The position numbers and the translations under genes were made by a program. Positions 8,751 through 21,225 of a DNA stretch of 64,000 nucleotides are shown piece by piece. The stretch is taken from the NCBI GenBank assembly GCA_030649945.1, contig JAUSFE010000104.1:6004-70003 (forward strand), in the 5' to 3' direction. The DNA is from Dehalococcoidia bacterium. GTDB taxonomy: Bacteria > Chloroflexota > Dehalococcoidia > SM23-28-2 > RBG-16-64-32. Below the pieces are notes generated by a model. The model did not search any database, was not told the DNA's origin, and worked only from the letters and a program-made list of their open reading frames with translations. Each line of letters opens with the position of its first letter. Position 1 is the first letter of the stretch.

Positions 8751-9548
8751 ATGAGCGACGAAGCCGCCGATGCCGCGACGGTCATCCAACTGTTGAGAGA
8801 AAAACTCAAAGAATTCGACGAGAATCCCGATGTCAAGCAGTTCTCAGGAGGCACCTTCCGCGCTTTCGCGACATCGGTTGATAGTATCCTTGCGCGAGGC
8901 TTGGGCTCAGGAGGAATGAGACTTAGAACCGCGTGGCACATAGCTGCGAGCAACCTTCCTTGGCCCAACACGATGATAACACTGGGAGCGCAAGTCACTT
9001 ACTTAGAGGCCATGTTCGAGGCAAGACTTCCGGAAGTGAGGGGCACGCTGGAGGCAATCATCAGCGAGCTTGAAACATTCGGTGCCCCAGACATGCATCA
9101 GGAGACGCAGCCATCACCGCCCATTCGCCCAAGAGTTTTTATCGCACACGGAGGCGAATCGGAGGCTCTCAACAAGCTGTGCAACTTTCTCGACGAACTT
9201 GGCCTGAAGTCGTTGGTCGTCGAGCGCCTGCCCAGCGAAGGTCGGTCGGTGAACGGAAATGTAGAGCACTACCTGGACATGGCTGACTGTGCCGTTGTCC
9301 TCGCAACTGGGGACGACGTCGTCGACGGCAAGCTTCAGCCACGCGCTAACGTCCACATCGAGATCGGGCGGTTCCAGGAGCGATTCCCGCATCGGATCAT
9401 CTACCTTCTGGAGGAAGGAGCCGCCTTTCCCTCGAACGTCAGCGAGAAGGTTTGGGAGCGTTTCAGTGACAGCAACATGGAGAAGGCAATCGTCAAAGTG
9501 GTTCGTGAGGTTAGGGCGTTTGGCCTTCTTGGCGGGTCGACATTATAA
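8751..9548 (+). CDS. Two-domain protein: unknown N-terminal domain (~1-125 aa) plus C-terminal TIR-like (COG4271-type) nucleotide-binding domain; candidate anti-phage effector
   Basis: C-terminus RVFIAHGGESEALNKLCNFLDELGLKSLVVE...AVVLATGDD resembles the KVFIVHGHD...TIR-like domain family; GC ~53% versus ~70% flanks. Confidence 0.5.
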   Translation: MSDEAADAATVIQLLREKLKEFDENPDVKQFSGGTFRAFATSVDSILARGLGSGGMRLRTAWHIAASNLPWPNTMITLGAQVTYLEAMFEARLPEVRGTLEAIISELETFGAPDMHQETQPSPPIRPRVFIAHGGESEALNKLCNFLDELGLKSLVVERLPSEGRSVNGNVEHYLDMADCAVVLATGDDVVDGKLQPRANVHIEIGRFQERFPHRIIYLLEEGAAFPSNVSEKVWERFSDSNMEKAIVKVVREVRAFGLLGGSTL

Positions 9549-9607
9549 GCGTGAAGCCCGCCAGCGCTCTCACCGCCGGGCCCATCGCTCTGCGCCCGGC
9601 GGTTCCA

Positions 9608-9946
9608 CTACTCGCGGGGCCCCTCGTACACCACGCGGCCGGTGCGGATGATCTCGCGCAGGAAGGAGTGACGGCCGGGGTTATGGTACTCGCTGGACGG
9701 GTAGCCGATGGGCGCTAGCCGCCGATCGCGATCCAGGCTAGCCAGGGCAATGATCTCCTGCCGTTTCCACATGGGCACCCCTTCGAAGTCTGTTGAGATG
9801 ACCGCTACGTCAATGTCGCTATCCTCGTGCGGTCTGCCGTTCGCATACGAGCCGTACAGCACAATAGCGTCGACGTTTATCGCCGCCGCCAGGAGCCGCA
9901 CGAACTCGCCGATTACCGCTTCTAGCTCAGTCGCTGCAACAACCAC
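9608..9946 (-). CDS. Nucleotidyltransferase (MNT-type, Pol-beta superfamily) antitoxin/toxin partner
   Basis: ...IVLYGSYANGRPHEDSDIDVAV... minimal NTase motif GS-x9-DxD. Confidence 0.75.
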   Translation of the reverse strand: MVVAATELEAVIGEFVRLLAAAINVDAIVLYGSYANGRPHEDSDIDVAVISTDFEGVPMWKRQEIIALASLDRDRRLAPIGYPSSEYHNPGRHSFLREIIRTGRVVYEGPRE

Positions 9947-10290
9947 GCGTAGAACTCATTCGACTGCCTGTAGTAATTCTCAGTCGTATCGGCTGGCATT
10001 TCAAGCGGCTCATCGCCGTACCGGCTGGGGATGTATTGCTCGGTCAACTTGGCGAGCAGAGCCAATTGCTCCTGAGATATGGCCAGGCCGAGCTCAGCCG
10101 CCAGGCGGGGTAGGTCGTGAACCTTGCGGTAGGCGCCCTTCCTTTCGATCAGCCCTGCTTTCAGCAGCTTCTCTATCGCCTGGTGCAGGTGGAACAGACA
10201 ACTCAGCGTATAACCCGCTTGCCAGGCGAATTCGGCGACCGACACATCCTCGGCCGCTCGGGCTAGCCACCGCTCCGTCTCCGGCTTCAT
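9922..10290 (-). CDS. HEPN-domain protein (HEPN/MNT module partner)
   Basis: All-helical 122-aa protein overlapping the MNT gene by 25 nt; typical HEPN-MNT organisation. Confidence 0.6.
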   Translation of the reverse strand: MKPETERWLARAAEDVSVAEFAWQAGYTLSCLFHLHQAIEKLLKAGLIERKGAYRKVHDLPRLAAELGLAISQEQLALLAKLTEQYIPSRYGDEPLEMPADTTENYYRQSNEFYAWLLQRLS

Positions 10291-10330
10291 GCCCGCATCC
10301 TAGCCTCCCGTCCCGAGGGCGGTCAAACCC

Positions 10331-13674
<3,344 letters not shown>

Positions 13675-13678
<4 letters not shown>

Positions 13679-14535
13679 TACGGCTCGAGCGCGCCACCGT
13701 CGTCTCCCAGGAGCAGGTCTACGAGAACACCTACCTGATGTGGCTCTCCTGCCCGCCCGTCGCGAAGGGCGCCTCGCCCGGGCGCTTCCTGATGGTCCGC
13801 TGCTCTGACGGCAACGACCCGCTGTTGCCACGCCCGATGAGCTTCCACCGCTTCCGCCGCCAACCTTCACCCGAAGGTCAGGCTCTCAGCCGCCAACCTT
13901 CACCGGGGGGTCAGGCTCTCAGCCTGACAGGGGAGCGGGGTGGGGCACAGCCCGCAACCCAGTTCGCCATCCTCTACGACGTCCGCGGCCGCGGTACCGC
14001 CTGGCTCTCCACCCGCAAGTCCGGCGACGCCATCCGCGTCTTCGGGCCACTGGGCCGGGGCTACAGCCTGAGCCCGGCGGCGCAGAACGTCCTGCTCGTC
14101 GCCGGCGGCCTGGGCGTGGCCGCCGTTGTGGCGCTCGCGGACGAGGCCATCGCCGCCGGCAAGGCCGTGACCCTGTTGCAGGGCGCCCGCACCGTGGCGC
14201 GCCTCTTCCCCGCCCACCTCCTGCCCACCGCGGTCGAGGCTGTCTCCGCCACAGACGACGGCAGCGAGGGTCACCACGGTTATGTCACGGAGATCCTGCC
14301 CGGCTACCTCCCGTGGGCGGACCAGGTCTTCGCCTGCGGCCCCGGCCCGATGTTCGCGGCAATGGCGAACACGATGCGACAGGCGCGCTCCCGCAAGCCC
14401 GTACAGGCGCTGCTGGAAGAGCATATGGGCTGTGGTACAGGCGTCTGCTACGGCTGCGCTGTGTTCACGCGCAAAGGCGTGCGCCTGGTCTGCAGGGACG
14501 GCCCGCGCTTCGAGCTGCGGGAGGTGTTCACGTAG
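13675..14535 (+). CDS. pyrK: Dihydroorotate dehydrogenase electron-transfer subunit (FAD/[2Fe-2S])
   Basis: FNR-like fold with a C-terminal [11 protein letters not shown] cluster motif; follows carB. Confidence 0.8.
13862..13928. repeat. Tandem ~30-bp duplication ending in palindrome GTCAGGCT-CTC-AGCCTGAC (family A), inserted in-frame in pyrK
   Basis: caaccttcacc(c/g)g(aa/gg)ggtcaggctctcagcc x2 encodes [22 protein letters not shown]. Confidence 0.65.
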
Positions 14536-14583
14536 AGACCCCCCGGCGGGGCGTCTCTGAGCAGCGCCCCTGATATAATCCGG

Positions 14584-15051
14584 TTGAAGCTTCCCATGCA
14601 CGCCCATCCCGGTCCCGGTCCCGCCGGCACGGTCGCCCTCGCGGCGGCCGTCGTCGCCGTAGCCGCCGCCGTCCTTGTCGGCGGCGTCATCGTGGCCATC
14701 GCCATGGGCGGCGGCTTCGGCGGCTGGAACATGCAGGGCCACATGGGCGGCATGATGAATCGCGCCGGCAATTCGCCTCAGACGCCGGTGGTGGCGAGCC
14801 AGCCGGAGGTCTCGGTCGAGATCCGTAATTTCGAATACTTCCCGCGAGACCTCACCGTCGACGCCGGTGCCACCGTCACCTGGACGAACCGGGATTCCGC
14901 GCCGCACACGGCCACGCACACGGACGGCGGCTGGGATACGGGCATCCTGGACAAGGGCGAGTCCGCCGCCATCGCGTTCGACGCCCCGGGCGCCTACGGC
15001 TACTTCTGCTCGGTCCACCCCGCCATGAAGGCCATCCTGACCGTGCGCTAA
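14584..15051 (+). CDS. Cupredoxin (plastocyanin/amicyanin-like blue copper protein) with Gly-rich N-terminal membrane/His region
   Basis: Type-1 Cu ligands H...CSVHPAM at the C-terminus. Confidence 0.7.
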   Translation: MKLPMHAHPGPGPAGTVALAAAVVAVAAAVLVGGVIVAIAMGGGFGGWNMQGHMGGMMNRAGNSPQTPVVASQPEVSVEIRNFEYFPRDLTVDAGATVTWTNRDSAPHTATHTDGGWDTGILDKGESAAIAFDAPGAYGYFCSVHPAMKAILTVR

Positions 15052-15117
15052 CGTTGACACCGCTTGCGCGGGCAGCCTTTAATTGTCGCGCAATCTCATA
15101 TCAGGAGGACGCACCCC

Positions 15118-15945
15118 ATGGCCCCAGCCAAAGTCAGTGTCGGCAACGCCGAGATCATCTCCCTGGTCGATACGCCCATGGAGTTCCCCTGGAACCTCTT
15201 CTTCCCCAATAACAGCCCGGCGGACTTCGAGCCGTACCGGGGCCGATATCCGGAAGCCTTCGGGCCAGCCGGCTTCCACACCAACGCCGTCTGCTACGCC
15301 ATCCGGTCGCAGGGCAAGACGATCCTCTGCGACACCGGGATTGGGCCTGGGCCCATCGCTTTTCTGGGCGGCATCCGCGGCCGCCTGCTGGAGGACATGC
15401 GGGCGAAGGGCGTGCAGCCGGACGACGTGGACATCGTCGTGCACACGCATCTGCACGGCGATCATGTGGGCTGGAACCTCTCCGCGGACGGCGCCCCGAA
15501 CTTCCCGCGGGCGAAGTACTACGCCCCCCAGGCGGACTGGGACTTCTTCCGCAAGGCGCTGGACGCGAACCCCCAGATGGCACAGGTTATCCCGCTCCAC
15601 GACCAGGGCAGGCTGGAGCTGTTCTCCGGAGAGCTGACCCTGACGCCCGAGGTGACGACGCTGCCGACGCCCGGACACACTCCCGGCCACTGCAGCCTGC
15701 TGGTCTCATCCGGCGGAGAAGGGGCGCTCGTTACGGGCGACCTGGCGCACCACCCGGCGCAGGTGGACCGCACGGAATGGTCATCCGGCTTCGACACGGA
15801 CCCGGCGGCGGCCGGTCGGACGCGGGCGAAGGTCTGCGACCGCCTGGAGGCGGAGGGCCTGCTCGCAGCCTTCTGCCACTTCCCGGAGCCCGGCTTCGGC
15901 CGGCTGGTGCGGCTGGAGGGCAGACGGGTCTTCCGGGCGCTGTAG
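15118..15945 (+). CDS. MBL-fold metallo-hydrolase
   Basis: HTHLHGDHVGW zinc motif; AGGAGG RBS 10 nt upstream of the ATG at 15118. Confidence 0.75.
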   Translation: MAPAKVSVGNAEIISLVDTPMEFPWNLFFPNNSPADFEPYRGRYPEAFGPAGFHTNAVCYAIRSQGKTILCDTGIGPGPIAFLGGIRGRLLEDMRAKGVQPDDVDIVVHTHLHGDHVGWNLSADGAPNFPRAKYYAPQADWDFFRKALDANPQMAQVIPLHDQGRLELFSGELTLTPEVTTLPTPGHTPGHCSLLVSSGGEGALVTGDLAHHPAQVDRTEWSSGFDTDPAAAGRTRAKVCDRLEAEGLLAAFCHFPEPGFGRLVRLEGRRVFRAL

Positions 15946-16152
15946 GGCCCTTTCTGTCACCCTGACGGAGGAAGGATCTGTCCCTGCGACGAGGCCACGC
16001 ACCGAGACGCCCTTCCGGGACTCTGGATGATCGCTGCGTCGGTCAGAGTCCCGAGGCGTGCATGCACTGCCAGGGTGCATGCCCTGGACAGATTCTTCCC
16101 TACGGTCAGAACGACAGTTGGCGAGGGCCGGGATGCCAGGCTGGGGGCTCCC

Positions 16153-17253
16153 CTACGCGCCCGCCGGCGCCGGCTCCGCGAAGAAGTGCTGGACGCTGGT
16201 CTTCGCCGCCACCTTCTGGGCGATCGCCGCGAACGCCTGCGCCACCGGCGACCCGGGGTCGCTCTCGACGATCGGGACGCCGAGGTCCGCGCCGGTGCGC
16301 ACGTCCACCTGGAGCGGTATCTCCCCCAGGAAATCGAGCCCCAGCTCCTCGGCCGCTTCGCGCACGCCCCCGTGGCCGAAGATCTCCGTGCGCTCGCCGC
16401 AGTGGGGGCAGACGAAGTAGCTCATGTTCTCGATCAGGCCGAACACCGGCACACTCAGCTTCTCGAACATGGAGACCGCCTTCACGGCGTCTTCCAGGGA
16501 CACGGCGTTCGGCGTTGTGACGATGACGGCGCCCGCGATCGGCGCTTCCATCGCCGCGCTCATGGAGGCGTCGCTGGTGCCGGGCGGCAGGTCGATGATC
16601 AGGTAATCCAGCTCGCCTTCCGCGCCCCACGGCAGGTCGTGCATGAGCTGGCGCACGCCCGTGCCGATCATCGGCCCGCGCCAGACCACCGGCAGCCCCC
16701 GGCGCAGCACGAACCCCAGGGAGGCAACGCGCAGCCCGTAGCGCTCCACGAAGGCGAGGCCGCTGTCGGCCTGGAAGCCCTGTGGGATGCCCATCATCGT
16801 CGGTACGTTGGGCCCGGTAAGGTCCGCGTCCAGCAGGCCCACGCGCGCGCCGAAGTCCTTCAGCGCCAGCGCCAGATTCACCGCCACGGTGGACTTGCCC
16901 ACGCCGCCCTTGTTCGACGCCACGGCGATAATGTTACGCACGCCTTCAATCACCTTCGGGCCCCTGCCCACGCCTGTCGAGCGCACGGCGGCGTCCATCG
17001 TCACTTCCGCATGGCCGACGCCGGGCAGGGCCAGGATCAGGTCCTGCGCCTGCTTCTTCATCTCCTCGCGCACGGGGCAGGCCGGAGTGGTCAGCACGAT
17101 CTTCACGCTCACGTTGTCACCGCAGACGTTGACGTCTGCTTCGGAGACGAAGCCCAGGCTGACTATGTCGCGGTGCAGGTCCGGGTCCTGGATCTGGCTC
17201 AGCGCCGCCAGGACGGCAGCCGCCGTTACCTGGCTATCCTTCTCTTGTGCCAT
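16153..17253 (-). CDS. apbC: Mrp/ApbC/NBP35 Fe-S cluster carrier ATPase with N-terminal DUF59
   Basis: ASNKGGVGKST deviant Walker A and a CPHCGE cluster-binding motif. Confidence 0.85.
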   Translation of the reverse strand: MAQEKDSQVTAAAVLAALSQIQDPDLHRDIVSLGFVSEADVNVCGDNVSVKIVLTTPACPVREEMKKQAQDLILALPGVGHAEVTMDAAVRSTGVGRGPKVIEGVRNIIAVASNKGGVGKSTVAVNLALALKDFGARVGLLDADLTGPNVPTMMGIPQGFQADSGLAFVERYGLRVASLGFVLRRGLPVVWRGPMIGTGVRQLMHDLPWGAEGELDYLIIDLPPGTSDASMSAAMEAPIAGAVIVTTPNAVSLEDAVKAVSMFEKLSVPVFGLIENMSYFVCPHCGERTEIFGHGGVREAAEELGLDFLGEIPLQVDVRTGADLGVPIVESDPGSPVAQAFAAIAQKVAAKTSVQHFFAEPAPAGA

Positions 17254-17277
17254 TTGATTTCCTTCCCGAATGTGGGG

Positions 17278-17940
17278 TTACTGAAGGCCGGACGCTGCCT
17301 GCCGGGCCCCGTCACGGACGATAAACCGGCAGGAGTCCGCGCCCTCGCTCTGGAACTGCGTGCACTCCACCTCGCGGCCCAGCAGGCTGCCCAGGAGGGA
17401 GAGGTGCCAGTCGCACAGGTCCCGGTGGGAGTCCACCACGCGCCGGTAAACGCAGTTGTGGTCCGCGATCTCGAACTCCCGCCCGTCGCCCGTCCACTCC
17501 GCGAAACCGCCTTCTTCGCGCAGGATGTCCGCGACGATGGCCACGCGCTCCCCCAGCGGCTTGTCGCGCACGCGGGACTCGTGCTGGCGGTAGACGCGGT
17601 CGGCCATGCGCATGAGCAGGAGCCGCTTCTTGTCCGGGGCGCTGAGGCCGGCGATGTCCTCCGCCTGGAGGGAGGCAACCTCCTCCAGCACGAGGTTGGC
17701 CAGGCGGTCGTAGCGCTTGGGAAACCTCTCCTGGCCGCCGTCGCTCAGGCTGAAAAGCAGATGTGGGCGGCCCTTGCGCTGCCTCTCCTCGCGTGAGACT
17801 ACCAGGCCGTCGCGCTCCAGCACTGCCAGGTGCTGGCGCACCGTCATGCGGGCCAGGCCGAACTCGTTGGCCAGCGCATCCACCGTGCTGTCGCCCGCGC
17901 GCTTCAGGTGAGAAAGAATACTCTCTTTTGTAGATTGCAT
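17278..17940 (-). CDS. Winged-helix (ArsR/SufR-like) transcriptional regulator with C-terminal Cys-rich sensor domain
   Basis: N-terminal HTH (...LARMTVRQHLAVLERDGLV...), four spaced Cys in the C-terminal half; adjacent to apbC. Confidence 0.55.
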   Translation of the reverse strand: MQSTKESILSHLKRAGDSTVDALANEFGLARMTVRQHLAVLERDGLVVSREERQRKGRPHLLFSLSDGGQERFPKRYDRLANLVLEEVASLQAEDIAGLSAPDKKRLLLMRMADRVYRQHESRVRDKPLGERVAIVADILREEGGFAEWTGDGREFEIADHNCVYRRVVDSHRDLCDWHLSLLGSLLGREVECTQFQSEGADSCRFIVRDGARQAASGLQ

Positions 17941-18032
17941 GTGGAAACCTTTTTCCCTCCGGCGCCGTTATAAGTATACACAACCGCGGCCGGCAGTGAA
18001 ATAGCATTTAGAAAGTCTATACAGTGCAAACC

Positions 18033-18061
18033 TTGACAGATATACCCCAGCCGGGTATAAT
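18033..18061 (+). promoter_or_regulatory. Consensus sigma70-type promoter TTGACA-N17-TATAAT
   Basis: Exact -35 and -10 hexamers with a 17-nt spacer in an AT-richer divergent intergenic region, ~75 nt upstream of the ORF at 18137. Confidence 0.55.
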
Positions 18062-18136
18062 CCGCCCGGCGATCTGTAACGTATTACCTAGAGCGATCAT
18101 CTTCATCACAAACGATGACGGAATTCCGGAGGTGGA

Positions 18137-18436
18137 ATGATGGGTAAGGCAGCAGTAGTCGAAGAGAGACGGCCCGTGGTAGAGACGCCGGTGGAAGTCC
18201 CCACCTGCCAGCACCACTGGCTGATTGAGACGCCCAGGGGCTCCACCAGCCACGGCCGCTGCAAGCGCTGCGGCGAGGACAGGGAGTTCCGCAACTCCGC
18301 CACCGATCACGTCTGGGAGGACGAGTCCGGTAGCGGCTACAACCCCTGGCGCGGGGCCCGCTCCGCCCCCAGGTCCGCCATCGACGACGACGAGGTTAGC
18401 GCCTCTTCCCCTTCTGCACCCGTCGTCATGGCCTGA
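18137..18436 (+). CDS. Small zinc-ribbon-like hypothetical protein
   Basis: CQHHW...CKRCGED Cys/His pairs; GGAGGTGG RBS; downstream of the consensus promoter. Confidence 0.4.
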   Translation: MMGKAAVVEERRPVVETPVEVPTCQHHWLIETPRGSTSHGRCKRCGEDREFRNSATDHVWEDESGSGYNPWRGARSAPRSAIDDDEVSASSPSAPVVMA

Positions 18437-18502
18437 GACCGCCCTCGCAAGCGAAGGACGCCCCGCCGGCCCGGCGGGGCGTCCCTGTCTTCACCTTCCG
18501 CC

Positions 18503-19501
18503 GTGCCGTATATTAGGGAGAGCGTGGATCTCTCTGTAGACCTCCTGCCCGGCCATAAGCGCGGCCTCTCCCTGGCCAACCCCGTGATGACCGCCTCCGG
18601 CACCTTCGGCAACGGGCTGGAGTACGCGCGGATATTCGACATCCAGCGCCTGGGCGCCATCGTCAGTAAGGCGATCACCCTGAAGCCGCGCCGCGGCAAC
18701 GTGCAGCCCCGCATCGCGGAGACGGCGGCCGGCATGATCAACTCCATCGGCCTGCAGAACATCGGCATCGAAGCCATCCTCCGTGACGTGGCGCCCGTCT
18801 GGGCCACGTGGCGCGTGCCGGTCGTCGCCAACATCGCCGGCGAGAGCATAGCGGACTACACGGAGCTGGCCGGCCGCCTGGACGGAACGCCCGGCGTCAG
18901 CGGCATCGAGCTGAACGTCAGCTGCCCTAACGTGGAGAGCGGCCTGGAGTTCGGGGTTGACCCGCGGGCCGCCGCCGCAGTCACGGCCTCCGTCCGGCGG
19001 CGCACGGACCTGCCGCTCATCGTCAAGCTGACGCCCAACGTCTCGAACATCGTGGACATCGCCGCCGCCGTCGCCGGCGCCGGGGCAGACGCGCTCACGA
19101 TCATCAACACCTTCCCCGCCATGAGCATCGACGTGCGCCGCCGCCGTCCGGCACTGGGCTGGGGCTCCGGCGGCCTCTCCGGCCCCGCCCTCAAGCCCAT
19201 CGCCCTGCGCCTGGTCTACCTGGTCGCCCGCTCCCTGCGCATCCCCATCATCGGCTGCGGCGGGATCATGAGCGGCGAGGACGCCGTCGAGTTCATGATG
19301 GCCGGCGCCAGCGCCGTGCAGGTGGGCACGGCCACCTTCCTCAACCCCCGCGCGCCGCTGGACGTCATCGAGGGCGTGGAGGAGTTCATGCGCGCCGAGG
19401 GCATCGAAGACCTGCGCCAGATCGTGGGAGCGGCCCTGGCCGCCCCGGAGTCAGCCGATGCTGGGCGAGCCCCGGCTCAATATCTACATCCTCGGGTCTG
19501 A
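18503..19501 (+). CDS. pyrD: Dihydroorotate dehydrogenase catalytic subunit (class 1B)
   Basis: ...LANPVMTASGTFG..., NVSCPN active-site Cys motif. Confidence 0.85.
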   Translation: MPYIRESVDLSVDLLPGHKRGLSLANPVMTASGTFGNGLEYARIFDIQRLGAIVSKAITLKPRRGNVQPRIAETAAGMINSIGLQNIGIEAILRDVAPVWATWRVPVVANIAGESIADYTELAGRLDGTPGVSGIELNVSCPNVESGLEFGVDPRAAAAVTASVRRRTDLPLIVKLTPNVSNIVDIAAAVAGAGADALTIINTFPAMSIDVRRRRPALGWGSGGLSGPALKPIALRLVYLVARSLRIPIIGCGGIMSGEDAVEFMMAGASAVQVGTATFLNPRAPLDVIEGVEEFMRAEGIEDLRQIVGAALAAPESADAGRAPAQYLHPRV

Positions 19502-20012
19502 CCTGACGGCACAGCAGCGGCAGAGGGTACAGGCGCAGGTGCAGACGGCTCTCCGGGCCATCCCCGGCTGGGCCTTCCAGCTCCTGGCGGGCCGCATGGC
19601 GGAGCTGGGCGTGCGCAACCTGCCGCTAATGATCGAGCCGCGGCCCGCGCGCGCCCCCGGCAGCCAGGCGCTGAGCCTGGGCCGCATTGAGTCCCGCCCC
19701 GCCGTCCGTCTGACGCCGCGGCTGGCCGGCGCGGAGGTGGAATGGGGCCAGGACGCGCGCTACCTGGTGGCGAAGGCCATCGCCTACCTGGCCGCGCCCG
19801 AGAGCACCGATACGGACTTCTGGTCGCGCTGGGTAGAGGCCCTGGAGGCAGACCGCCTGCGCGAGAAGGCGCTGGCGGTGGGAGCGCACTGGCAGGACGT
19901 GACGACGCTGGGCCTCCTCATCGAGATGTTCGCGGCCTACGCGCTGGAGCCGCAGCACCGCCGCTGGGCGGGGCTGCCCCGCGTCAGGGCATTCCTGGAC
20001 GACTGGCGATGA
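19458..20012 (+). CDS. Hypothetical protein (start uncertain; overlaps the pyrD end)
   Basis: ORF with coding-like composition; no recognisable domain. Confidence 0.25.
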   Translation: MLGEPRLNIYILGSDLTAQQRQRVQAQVQTALRAIPGWAFQLLAGRMAELGVRNLPLMIEPRPARAPGSQALSLGRIESRPAVRLTPRLAGAEVEWGQDARYLVAKAIAYLAAPESTDTDFWSRWVEALEADRLREKALAVGAHWQDVTTLGLLIEMFAAYALEPQHRRWAGLPRVRAFLDDWR

Positions 20013-20296
20013 GCGAGCTCACGATCGCCCATAGCTCCGACCTGCACATCGATCCGCCTAAGGCGGACGCCTCGGACTCGTTTCACCCGCTGTGCAAGGT
20101 GATCGCCGCCGCGCGTGGCGTCCGGGCAGACGTGCTCCTGCTGGCCGGCGATATCTTCGACCACAACCGCCTGCCTCTGGCGCTGCTGGACCGCGCCGCA
20201 CGCACGCTGGCGGACGCGGTCCCCGCTTACTACTGCGGCTCGCCGGACCTTGCCGGCACCGTCAACGTCGTGCGGATGGGCGCCGAGGCAGTGTAG
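20009..20296 (+). pseudogene. N-terminal fragment of a calcineurin-like metallophosphoesterase (truncated)
   Basis: MSELTIAHSSDLHID...LLLAGDIFDH motifs I-II only; the ORF ends ~60 nt before tRNA-Pro. Confidence 0.4.
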
Positions 20297-20357
20297 TGGT
20301 GACGCGGCCGCCCGATTGACGCGGCGGGCGATCCCCCCTTAACCTGAATTCAGGATC

Positions 20358-20434
20358 CGGGGTGTAGCTCAGCCAGGTTAGAGCGCCTGCTTTGGGAGCA
20401 GGAGGGCGGCGGTTCGAATCCGCCCACCCCGACC
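20358..20434 (+). tRNA. tRNA-Pro (anticodon TGG)
   Basis: CGGGGTGTAGCTCAGCCAGGTTAGAGCGCCTGCTTTGGGAGCAGG...GGTTCGAATCCGCCCACCCCGA; 7-bp acceptor stem, TGG in the anticodon loop. Confidence 0.85.
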
Positions 20435-20673
20435 AGCCGCCTCCGCCTCTCACCGCCCTTTACGCTTGTCCGTCCGCCCCGTACCATGGCCCTGTGACAC
20501 AGGTGTTTCCAGCGTTCTCTCATGGCGACTCGTAGCAGCGGGCCACCCGCCTCAGGCGGGCCACCCCACTTCCAGGCCAGGGTGCGCTCCGCCCCAGGCG
20601 GACGGGAGGCCGGCAAGCGCGCGGAGCGCAACCCCCTGCCGGGCGCCGCCGGGCCCGGGAAGCGCCGGACCCC

Positions 20674-20919
20674 ATGACGGAAGAGCAGGCGCCCCTCCAC
20701 GAGGAAGGTGAGGACGACGCTCTCGCGCCGCCCGGGCCGCAGATGCCGCTCGGCATCGTCATCGCCCGCATCACCATCGTCACCGTCATGAGCTTCGCGG
20801 GCGCCGCCGCCATCTTCTTCCTGGTGGGCGCCCTCTGGCTCTATGCGCTCGCCAGCCTCGGGGCCACGGCCCTGATGCTCCTGCTGATGTTCGCCATAGA
20901 GCGCGCGGCGGAAGGATAA
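20674..20919 (+). CDS. Small hypothetical membrane protein
   Basis: Two predicted TM helices; weak support. Confidence 0.25.
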   Translation: MTEEQAPLHEEGEDDALAPPGPQMPLGIVIARITIVTVMSFAGAAAIFFLVGALWLYALASLGATALMLLLMFAIERAAEG

Positions 20920-20976
20920 TCAGTTGTGAGAAGACGTGGCCGGTGTTATGCTGTTGGCGCTGCGAGGTGATACACA

Positions 20977-21225
20977 GTGTTTCAAAGTCTCGGCGCTCCT
21001 GAACTGCTCATCATCCTGGCCATCGTCGTCGTGCTCTTTGGCGCCACCCGTATCGGTGACATCGGCAAAGGGATCGGCCGCGGCATCCGCGACTTCCGCC
21101 GGGAACTGAAGGACGACGACAAGCCGGAAGAAGGTGCGAAGGACGCGCAGCCGCCTGCGCCCGTGCCCACCGTAACCTCTTCCAGCTCCCACACTCCGGA
21201 CGACCAGAGCTACAACCAGCATTAG
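20977..21225 (+). CDS. tatA: Twin-arginine translocase subunit TatA/E
   Basis: MFQSLGAPELLIILAIVVVLFGATRI... TM helix followed by an amphipathic helix. Confidence 0.8.
   Translation: MFQSLGAPELLIILAIVVVLFGATRIGDIGKGIGRGIRDFRRELKDDDKPEEGAKDAQPPAPVPTVTSSSSHTPDDQSYNQH

Noticed and set aside
8751-9548. Calling the TIR-like protein a Thoeris ThsB
   Set aside because: No ThsA (SIR2/SLOG) gene is adjacent, and the protein carries an extra unknown N-terminal domain. I keep it as a generic TIR-like candidate effector.
16027-17796. 589-aa plus-strand ORF antisense to apbC and the SufR-like regulator
   Set aside because: The opposite-strand genes have clear Walker A/CPHCGE and HTH signatures; this ORF is a low-complexity artefact.
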